The notes under the pieces: model-generated | The model's input: only the letters and a program-made list of their open reading frames with translations | Told to the model about the DNA's origin: nothing | Database searches by the model: none | Program-made: the position numbers and the translations under genes | Shown here: positions 7,051-14,230 of the stretch, piece after piece | Layout of the letters: each line of letters begins with the position of its first letter | How positions within the stretch are numbered: position 1 is the first letter of the stretch | Origin: Nitrospinota bacterium | Lineage (GTDB): Bacteria > UBA8248 | Assembly (NCBI GenBank): GCA_030754595.1 | Contig: JASLZZ010000124.1 | Coordinates: 1-19,087, forward strand | DNA: 19,087 bases | Direction: 5' to 3'

Positions 7051-7947
7051 CTATTTCTTCATGTGGGGAGTGAAGCGGACCTTTCTCGCTTTTTTGATCG
7101 GCTTGAGCGTCCGCAGGTAGGCCACGATAGCGTCCAGGTCCTCGCGGCTGATGTTTTCGTAAAAGTGATAGCCCATCGGAGAATTCATCTTGTCCCCGTT
7201 GGCCCGGTATCCGGTGGCGATGGCCGTTTTTATCTGGCGGTCCGACCATTTGCCGAGCCCCGTTTCGGGATCGGGAGTGATGTTGGCCGAATAGGATTTC
7301 CCCCAGGGGCCGTCGAGTAGAAATCCGCCGGCGCCGAACTGGTTCTTGTAATCGCGCCGCCCCTTCACCATCGGGGTGTGGCACTCGACGCAGTGACCCA
7401 GCGGCCCGGCGAGGTACTCTCCGTATTTCACCTTGTCCTCGCGGGAGACCTCGGGGACGCTTTTTTTCGGTCCCCAGGCGGGCGGCAGCGGAATCCGGTA
7501 CGTCCCTCTCGGCACGAAATTCTTCAACGGCTTCACCTGCCTGAGGTAGGCGATGATCGCGCGCACGTCGCGGTCGGAAATCCTGGCATAAAGTTCGCCG
7601 GACATCGGGGGGCCGATGATGGAGCCGTCCGGGCGCTTGCCCTCGCGGAGAGAGGTGAAAATCTGCTCATCCGTCCAGTTACCGATCCCCGTCCCCTTGT
7701 CGGGGGTGATGTTGGACGCATAGGTGGTGAACGGGGGCTCTTCCCATTTGTGACCGCCTGCCATCTCCCGGCCTCGCTCCGAGCGGCCGAGCAGGCTTCC
7801 CGGCGTGTGGCAGTTGCCGCAGGCAACGATTCCGTTCATCAGGTACTTCCCGCGATCGAGCAGCGTCTCGGCCGAGGCCGCCCCACCGTTCGTGAGCAGG
7901 CAGAAAAAAATCCCGGCCATGGCCGCCGTTAATTTTCTTTTCTTCAT
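7051..7947 (-). CDS. Periplasmic diheme c-type cytochrome (related to alcohol/gluconate dehydrogenase cytochrome subunits)
   Basis: Signal peptide MKKRKL...AASA; two CxxCH motifs (CGNCH, CVECH); duplicated NITPD..TG.G.W.D.QI module; distal Met candidates (PPM, SPM). Confidence 0.9.
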   Translation of the reverse strand: MKKRKLTAAMAGIFFCLLTNGGAASAETLLDRGKYLMNGIVACGNCHTPGSLLGRSERGREMAGGHKWEEPPFTTYASNITPDKGTGIGNWTDEQIFTSLREGKRPDGSIIGPPMSGELYARISDRDVRAIIAYLRQVKPLKNFVPRGTYRIPLPPAWGPKKSVPEVSREDKVKYGEYLAGPLGHCVECHTPMVKGRRDYKNQFGAGGFLLDGPWGKSYSANITPDPETGLGKWSDRQIKTAIATGYRANGDKMNSPMGYHFYENISREDLDAIVAYLRTLKPIKKARKVRFTPHMKK

Positions 7948-8070
7948 CCAAATGATTCTCCTCTCGGGCCTCTGCCCTGAACGAAAGATCGTCTCCTATC
8001 CGGCCGGAATTAATCCCGGGGATGACGGTCAATCATCAATGCGGATTTCATCGCGTCATCGTATGAAAAC

Positions 8071-8079
8071 AGTCTAGCA
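8071..8079 (-). promoter_or_regulatory. Extended -10 (TGcTAGACT) for the cytochrome c gene
   Basis: Minus-strand TG-C-TAGACT about 125 nt upstream of ATG 7947. Confidence 0.4.
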
Positions 8080-8168
8080 GGAAGTTCATGCCGCCGAATT
8101 ATTACCCGGGGCGGGCTCGCCTCGAGAGAGCCACCAGAAAACCTTCTTTAACAATAACTTAAGGACAC

Positions 8169-8211
8169 TTGACAAGTATGTTCGTCATTTGTTTGTATTC
8201 CAGATGTATTC
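8169..8211 (+). promoter_or_regulatory. Promoter region of rlmD-lexA-dinB with LexA-box-like direct repeats
   Basis: TTGACA at 8169-8174; GTTC-N7-GTTT at 8180-8194; TGTATTC repeated with 11-bp period at 8194 and 8205. No clean -10 at canonical spacing. Confidence 0.5.
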
Positions 8212-8241
8212 TTTTCGATTTTATTTTGCGTCGGAGGCCCC

Positions 8242-9630
8242 ATGAGCACCGCCGCCACACAACCCGGGAGCGCCGGAGCAACCCATCTGGCCGAAATCGA
8301 GTCAATCGCCGCCGGTGGCGCGGGGGTGGCCCGCCTGGACGGCCGGGTGGTGTTCATTCCGCGCACCGTCCCCGGCGATTCGATCCAGTTCCGCGTCTCG
8401 GGCGATAAGGGAAAGTTCCTCGTCGGCGAACTCGCGGAGATCGCCTCCGCCGGCGAGACCCGGCGCGAGCCGCCCTGTGCGCACTGGGCGGCGTGCGGGG
8501 GTTGCCCGCTTCAGCAGATGACCCCCGAGAGCCAAAACGAGGCAAAGAGCCGAATCTTTCTCGACACCCTCGCCCGCATCGGCAAGATCGACCTCCCCGC
8601 GCCGCCCGGGATGCTCACGCCTCCCGGCCCAGAGTTCGGCTACCGGATGCGGGCGCGGTTTCAAATCAAGGGCGGCGAAATCGGTTTCTACGCCCCGGGG
8701 ACGCGAAACCTCGTCCCCATCGAGTCGTGCCTTTTGGTGGAGGAGCCTGTCGCCGAGGCGGCCACCGAGATCAGCCGGCTTCTTCGGGCCGAACCCGCTT
8801 CGCACGGCGCCGAAGCGGTCGAGATCACATCGCTCGGCGAAGACACCGGGGAGGGCGCGGGCCTGTTTCTCTCGCCCCCCGGTTGGCGCGACCGGGGAAA
8901 GGGCGCACTTTCGCGGCGGACGCGCCGTGCCTGGGAGGCCTTCGGCCGCGCAAACGGCTGGCCGCTCGTCGCCTCCGGGGAGCGTTCCCCGGAGGAGCCT
9001 CCCGCCTGGACCTCCCGGTATGAACTCGAAGACCCGGACGGCGAATACGCTTCCCTTTCTCTTGAGGTATCTCCCGAATCGTTCATTCAGCCCAACCGGC
9101 CGATGAACCGCCTGCTCGTTAAGGTCGTGCTCGATATGGCGGCACTCCCGGAGGGCGGAAACGCGGTGGACCTTTTCTGCGGGGCGGGAAACTTCGCCCT
9201 GCCGCTGGCCGGGCGCTCCGGTCGCATCGGCCGCGTCGCCGGCGTCGAAGCCAACCCTTACGCCGTGCGGGACGCCGAAGCGAACAGCCGGGCGGCGGGG
9301 CTGGACAACATTCACTTCATCCGCTGCGAGGCCGAGCGCGTCCGCTCGGCTGACATCCTGGGCGCACTCGGCGGCAAGGCGCCCGACCTGGCGCTCCTCG
9401 ATCCGCCCCGGCGCGGAGCGCTCGAAACGATTCCCCTCGTTATGGCGCTCGGCCCGGGCCGAATCGTATACGTCTCATGCAACCCCGCCACCTTCGCGCG
9501 AGACGCCCGCGAAATCGCCCGGGGAGGCTACCGTTTGGAGTCGGCCCTCATCGCACCCATGTTCCCCAACTCCGCCCATCTCGAATCCGTCACCTTATGG
9601 ACGCGGGAGGACTCACCCGCACCGGATTAA
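8242..9630 (+). CDS. rlmD: 23S rRNA (uracil-5)-methyltransferase, RlmD/TrmA family, with TRAM domain
   Basis: N-terminal TRAM (GVARLDGRVVFIP..VPGD), Fe-S motif CAHWAACGGC, FIQPN, DLFCGAGNF, LDPPRRG, YVSCNPAT (catalytic Cys) and MFP.S.HLE. Confidence 0.88.
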   Translation: MSTAATQPGSAGATHLAEIESIAAGGAGVARLDGRVVFIPRTVPGDSIQFRVSGDKGKFLVGELAEIASAGETRREPPCAHWAACGGCPLQQMTPESQNEAKSRIFLDTLARIGKIDLPAPPGMLTPPGPEFGYRMRARFQIKGGEIGFYAPGTRNLVPIESCLLVEEPVAEAATEISRLLRAEPASHGAEAVEITSLGEDTGEGAGLFLSPPGWRDRGKGALSRRTRRAWEAFGRANGWPLVASGERSPEEPPAWTSRYELEDPDGEYASLSLEVSPESFIQPNRPMNRLLVKVVLDMAALPEGGNAVDLFCGAGNFALPLAGRSGRIGRVAGVEANPYAVRDAEANSRAAGLDNIHFIRCEAERVRSADILGALGGKAPDLALLDPPRRGALETIPLVMALGPGRIVYVSCNPATFARDAREIARGGYRLESALIAPMFPNSAHLESVTLWTREDSPAPD

Positions 9631-9655
9631 GATTCACACACACAGGAGGCAGACC

Positions 9656-10270
9656 ATGTTCTTGACCCGCAGGCAGCGCCAGATTTTCGAATTTATCCAT
9701 GAGTTCATCAACGACAAGGCGTACGCGCCGAGCATCGCCGAAATCGGCGCGCACTTCAATCTTACTTCCCCCGCAACCGTCCATAAGCACCTCCAAAATA
9801 TCGCTCAAAAGGGATTGATCAAGCGAAGCTGGAACCGAAGCCGCGCGATAGAACTCGTCCCCGGCGCCGACACTATCGGCAAGGAGGCGATCGGTCCCGT
9901 CGAGCTTCCCCTGCGCGGCATGATCGCGGCGGGCGTTCCCCTCGAGGCAGTCCAGGACAACGAAACCATCCCCCTGCCCTGGTCCTCGGGAGACAGCAGG
10001 CTCTACGTTCTTAAGGTCAAGGGCGACTCGATGATCGAAGACCACATCCAGGACGGCGACTATGTTATCGTCGAGCAGCGCGACACCGCGGCCAACGGAG
10101 AAACAGTCGTCGCCCTGATCGAAGGGGAAAACGCCACCCTGAAAAAGTTCTACCGCGAGGGGGACCAGGTTCGCCTTCAGCCGGCCAACGCCACTATGGC
10201 ACCGATTATGGTGAGGAACGGCGAATTCCGGATTCAGGGCGTGGTCGTCGGCGTGCTCAGAAAGTATTAG
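9656..10270 (+). CDS. lexA: LexA SOS repressor
   Basis: Winged HTH (LTRRQ...PSIAEIG...S.ATVHKHL), Ala-Gly cleavage site IAAGVP, catalytic Ser (GDSM) and Lys (ATLKKF); AGGAGG RBS. Confidence 0.96.
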   Translation: MFLTRRQRQIFEFIHEFINDKAYAPSIAEIGAHFNLTSPATVHKHLQNIAQKGLIKRSWNRSRAIELVPGADTIGKEAIGPVELPLRGMIAAGVPLEAVQDNETIPLPWSSGDSRLYVLKVKGDSMIEDHIQDGDYVIVEQRDTAANGETVVALIEGENATLKKFYREGDQVRLQPANATMAPIMVRNGEFRIQGVVVGVLRKY

Positions 10271-10300
10271 ACTGCCCCTTCTTCCGACCAGGGGTCCGCC

Positions 10301-11569
10301 GTGATTCCTGACCAATTCACTGCATCCGGGGACCCTCCCCCGCGCGTCATCGCGCATGTGGACATGGACGCTTTTTTCGTGGCGGTCGAGCTGCGGGATG
10401 ACCCTTCGCTCTCGGGAAAAGCGGTCATCGTCGGCGGCAGCACCGGAAACCGGGGCGTCGTGTCCGCCGCCTCATACGAAGCCCGCGCGTTCGGCGTCCA
10501 CTCGGCGATGCCGATGGTCCAGGCCCGCCGCCTCTGCCCCGGGGCGGTTTATATCCCCGCCAGCCACTCGAAATACTCCGCCGCATCGAAGCAGGTGATG
10601 GCGCTGCTCCGGACCTTTTCGCCCGCGCTCGAGGCGGTATCGGTGGACGAGGCCTATCTCGACCTCACCGGAACCGAGCGCCTTCACGGCCCTCCCTACG
10701 CAGCGGCCGCCAAGATTCGAAAAACCGTCGAGGCCGAACTGGGCTTCTCGGCCTCGATCGGAATCGCCTCGAATCGCCTCATGGCCAAGGTCGCCTCCGA
10801 GCTCTCGAAACCCGCCGGAATCCTCCACATCCTTCCGGGCCGGGAAGCGATCATCCTCGCGCCGCTCGGGATCGAGGCCCTGCCCGGCGTCGGGAAAGTG
10901 ACCGCCGCTCGCCTCCGGGGGATGGGCATCCGAACCGTGGGCGACATTGTCCGCCTGCCGCTCTCTGTGCTTGAGGCGAATTTCAAAAGCGGCGGCGCCG
11001 AGCTCTACCGCAAAGCGCGGGGCGAGCACAGCGCCGATCTCGTCCTCGACAGCCAGCCCAAGAGCGTCGGGAAGGAGACCACCTTCGGCGAGGACCAGGG
11101 GGACCCCGGTTATCTGGAAGCTGTCCTCTCCCGCCTCACAGGAGAGGCGGCGGCACGGTTGCGCCGAAAGGAAATGGAGGCGAGGGGGGTGACCCTGAAA
11201 ATCCGTTTCGATGATTTCGAGACGAACACCCTCGCCGCCCAGCTCGATCCGCCGGCGGCGATCGACCGGCCAATCTTCGAGGCGGCGCGGAGGCTACTCG
11301 GCCGCGCACTCGATCAAAAGTCCAGGGGCCGCAAGGTGCGCCTCCTAGGCGTCTATCTCGGCGGGCTGGTTCAGCCCGACCGTCATCCCCGGCTCATCGA
11401 TGAGGATTCCCGCCGGAAGGAAATCCGGCTGGCCGAGACGGTGGACTCCCTGCGGGATCGCTACGGCGCGGACGCCCTCGTCTCGGGCCGCTCGATGGAA
11501 CGGGCGGACAGCCAGAAAAACCACGGGCTGAAAAATAGCAAGTCGAAAAAAAAGGAAGCGCCTTTTTAA
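10301..11569 (+). CDS. dinB: DNA polymerase IV (Y family)
   Basis: HVDMDAFFVAVE, SYEARAFGVHSAMP, SVDEAYLD, AKVASELSKPAG, KSVGKETTF and VRLLGV; the GTG start is uncertain by a few codons. Confidence 0.95.
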   Translation: MIPDQFTASGDPPPRVIAHVDMDAFFVAVELRDDPSLSGKAVIVGGSTGNRGVVSAASYEARAFGVHSAMPMVQARRLCPGAVYIPASHSKYSAASKQVMALLRTFSPALEAVSVDEAYLDLTGTERLHGPPYAAAAKIRKTVEAELGFSASIGIASNRLMAKVASELSKPAGILHILPGREAIILAPLGIEALPGVGKVTAARLRGMGIRTVGDIVRLPLSVLEANFKSGGAELYRKARGEHSADLVLDSQPKSVGKETTFGEDQGDPGYLEAVLSRLTGEAAARLRRKEMEARGVTLKIRFDDFETNTLAAQLDPPAAIDRPIFEAARRLLGRALDQKSRGRKVRLLGVYLGGLVQPDRHPRLIDEDSRRKEIRLAETVDSLRDRYGADALVSGRSMERADSQKNHGLKNSKSKKKEAPF

Positions 11570-11611
11570 GTCCGGCGGTCAGGCGGCGGAGATGGGTCTC
11601 GGTCGTCTCGA

Positions 11612-12520
11612 TCAGGTGACCAGAATCACCACCAGCGTACCGCATACCGTCATCAGGGCGCCGGCGACGAGGCGCCAAGTGATGTTCTCCGCCTCGCGGA
11701 CGAACAGGTGGGCCACGATGAGGGCGATAAGCGGCTGTAGCGCGGTGATCGCGGAGGCGTTTACGGCATAGGTGTAATGAACGGCGCTGACGAAGGAGGG
11801 CACCGCCACCGTCTGGCAGCAGGCAGAGGCGGCGATCCACCGCCAACTGGCGCGCGGAATCCATCTTCCGGCCTCGCCCTTCGAGCCCGCCAGTGCGATC
11901 AGCCAGCTGAATGGCACTCCGCACCAAATGATCATCGCCGCCGCCGCGAGTGGCGGAACGTCCGAGGAGACGACCTTCATCGTCACGCCCGAAACGCTCC
12001 AGAGGCACACCGTAACCCCCGCCATCATCCATCCGAGCATGCGGGCCCTGGACGAGTCCGGCAAATTGGCGTCCTGGGGGGGATCGGCGCCCACGGCGAG
12101 AGTCACCCCTCCGGCGAGAAGGGCCAGGCCGATCAGCATATTCAGGGTCAGGGGCTCGCCCACCCAGGCCGCCGCGATGAACGCGGTGATGATCGGGGTG
12201 CTCGTCGCGACCGGAAGGGTGCGGCTGGGCCCGATTCGGCGAATGGCGAAATAATAGGTGAGCCGCGATCCAGCGACCATGAATAACCCGAGCGCCACGA
12301 TGTAATAAATCGTTTCGCCCTGGGCGGGCCGGAACGCCGAGAGCGGCATCAAGGAAAAAGCGACGGGAATCATAATCAACGCGTTGGCCGTGGAAATGGT
12401 GGCGGTGGTCCTGAGAAGGGGCGCGTCCCGCATGGCGCTTCTGACGCAAAACGAGAGCCCTGCCCACGCGAAGAGCGCAAGCACGGCGAAAAACATACCT
12501 AAGGCGTGGGTGTTTTCCAT
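11612..12520 (-). CDS. EamA/DMT family transporter
   Basis: About ten hydrophobic segments in two repeats; AIRRIGPSR, GEPLT...G..L...GV and LFVRE.E.IT patterns. Confidence 0.85.
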   Translation of the reverse strand: MENTHALGMFFAVLALFAWAGLSFCVRSAMRDAPLLRTTATISTANALIMIPVAFSLMPLSAFRPAQGETIYYIVALGLFMVAGSRLTYYFAIRRIGPSRTLPVATSTPIITAFIAAAWVGEPLTLNMLIGLALLAGGVTLAVGADPPQDANLPDSSRARMLGWMMAGVTVCLWSVSGVTMKVVSSDVPPLAAAAMIIWCGVPFSWLIALAGSKGEAGRWIPRASWRWIAASACCQTVAVPSFVSAVHYTYAVNASAITALQPLIALIVAHLFVREAENITWRLVAGALMTVCGTLVVILVT

Positions 12521-12569
12521 GGAGGCTTCTCGGGGCCTTTCCGAAAAGTGCGGATAAAGAGAGGCGGGG

Positions 12570-13037
12570 TTATCCCGGACGCACCAGCGTCCAGCGGTCC
12601 TCGACGGAAGTGGCGCTACCGGTAAAAAGGTAGAGGATACAATTTTCCCGGAAGAGCTTTTTCACGCGATCGAGCTCTTCCTCGGTTCCGGTGGAGACGA
12701 CCTCGACATCCAGCTCGATTCCCAGAATACCGCCGTTGCGCCCCCGATCGTCGCCGATCTCGAACCGCCCCATGGTGAGCCGGCCGTCCACCCGGCAACC
12801 CTCGAGGGGCATTCCCACTTCCTTGGCGAACATCTCGACATGAGCGACTGTGCAGCCCGAAAGACCCGAGACGATGTATTCGGCCGGCATCGGATGCTCG
12901 AACAACCCGCCGCGCGCCTCCGGCTCGTCCGTAAAAAACGGCGGACAATCCCTGACGCGTGCCTCCGAGCGCAGGGAGCCCCGCCATTCCGCGTGTACGC
13001 TTCGCGTAATCGTCTCGACCCCGGTCCGCTCCGTCAT
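12570..13037 (-). CDS. OsmC/Ohr family protein
   Basis: TDEP..RGG...P.P.EY...LSGC and a second Cys in ENC. ATG 13037 overlaps the upstream stop (ATGA) and has a GGAGGGAG RBS. Confidence 0.82.
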   Translation of the reverse strand: MTERTGVETITRSVHAEWRGSLRSEARVRDCPPFFTDEPEARGGLFEHPMPAEYIVSGLSGCTVAHVEMFAKEVGMPLEGCRVDGRLTMGRFEIGDDRGRNGGILGIELDVEVVSTGTEEELDRVKKLFRENCILYLFTGSATSVEDRWTLVRPG

Positions 13038-14230
13038 CCGGCGTAGTCTCCCTCCATCGCGGTGATCATTCTCGAAACAAATCCCGCTAGGCGAAGGGCC
13101 TCTATAAAACGGCTCCATCCGCCATCTTCACTTCCGGCGTCGCCTTCGCTCCCGGGGTCCACGTGCCCGAGGAGTCGGGCGATGAAAAGCCGGGTGGACC
13201 CAGTCCCCCTCCTCCGGGCGGCGGCGGCCAGCCGCTCGCTCTCGCGGAAGGGCACGAAGGGATCGGACCGGCCGTGCAGAAGAAACAGCGGCATCCGGGT
13301 CTTCGCTATCACCCGCCCCATCGACCAATCGGCGATTAAATTCCGCAGGCCGGAGGACTGGAGGCCGAAAATTTCGTCGAAACGAGCCGGGTCCCGGTTT
13401 TCGATGAGCGCGAGAATATTCCTCAGCTCTCCGGGAAGGCGGTTCTTATACCGCGAAATATCGGCGCGCTCGTCGGCGAGCTTAAGCCGGACGATCGATT
13501 CGATTGCCGCCGCGTGCGGCCCAAATCCAAGGTTACTCAAGTTGTACCGGAGAAACAGCCATTTGCCCACCCTGACGGGCGGGCCGCCCGGAAACGCCAG
13601 CTCCCCTCCCCGGCCCCCGGTCGTCAGGTGCTTCAATACGGTTTTCAGATCGAAGTAGGCGCCCAGCCCGATGAAATAACCCGTCCGGTCTTTGGGCCGC
13701 GGCCGGGCGGCGGCCTTCAGCGCGGGTCCGGCGGCAAATGAGAACGCGAACAGCCCGCAGGGCAGACCCGCCCGCGAGAATTTTCCGTCCATCCACAAAA
13801 AACTTTCCGATATTCGGTCTACATCCCCAGGAGAAGGCCGGAACCGGCGCATCCCAGGAAGCTCGGGGACCGCAGCGGCGAATCCCAGCCGCGCCAAATT
13901 CCGGGCAAACGCCGCCAACCGGGGATCGCGCCTTCCCATGTCGGTCATGCCGTGGGCCAGGAGAACGCAGCCGCGCACTTCATTCGAATCGCCGGCGGGC
14001 AGATAGAGATCGGCCGGGGCGCCTCCCCCGGCCTTCTCGACGAGGCGCGGCGGCGGCGCCCACCGCCCAAGCCAGCCGCCCTTTTCCCCCACGAAGACCG
14101 CCTGCAAGAGCAAGGCCGAGTCCACGGGGTGCCGGGTGGGCGGATAAAACCGTGCCGCGATGAAAAGGATCGTCCCCGCGAGAAAGACCCGGATCAGGCG
14201 GTGCGGCCGTTTTCCGGTCCAGAGGGGCAT
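13034..14230 (-). CDS. Membrane-anchored alpha/beta-hydrolase fold protein
   Basis: N-terminal hydrophobic helix, LLAHG oxyanion strand, GF...VP, AFSFAA nucleophile elbow (non-canonical GxSxG), LLHGRSDPFVP Asp and LGHVD His. Confidence 0.75.
   Translation of the reverse strand: MPLWTGKRPHRLIRVFLAGTILFIAARFYPPTRHPVDSALLLQAVFVGEKGGWLGRWAPPPRLVEKAGGGAPADLYLPAGDSNEVRGCVLLAHGMTDMGRRDPRLAAFARNLARLGFAAAVPELPGMRRFRPSPGDVDRISESFLWMDGKFSRAGLPCGLFAFSFAAGPALKAAARPRPKDRTGYFIGLGAYFDLKTVLKHLTTGGRGGELAFPGGPPVRVGKWLFLRYNLSNLGFGPHAAAIESIVRLKLADERADISRYKNRLPGELRNILALIENRDPARFDEIFGLQSSGLRNLIADWSMGRVIAKTRMPLFLLHGRSDPFVPFRESERLAAAARRRGTGSTRLFIARLLGHVDPGSEGDAGSEDGGWSRFIEALRLAGFVSRMITAMEGDYAG

Noticed and set aside
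7051..7947. Internal repeat in the cytochrome gene
   Set aside because: It is the normal two-domain duplication of this cytochrome family, not a DNA repeat element.
8076..8095. Possible sigma54 promoter (GGCA...TGC) on the minus strand
   Set aside because: GG-to-GC spacing is 12 nt rather than the required 10.
9635..9644. (CA)5 tract before the lexA RBS
   Set aside because: Too short for credible phase variation; more likely an unstructured ribosome standby region.
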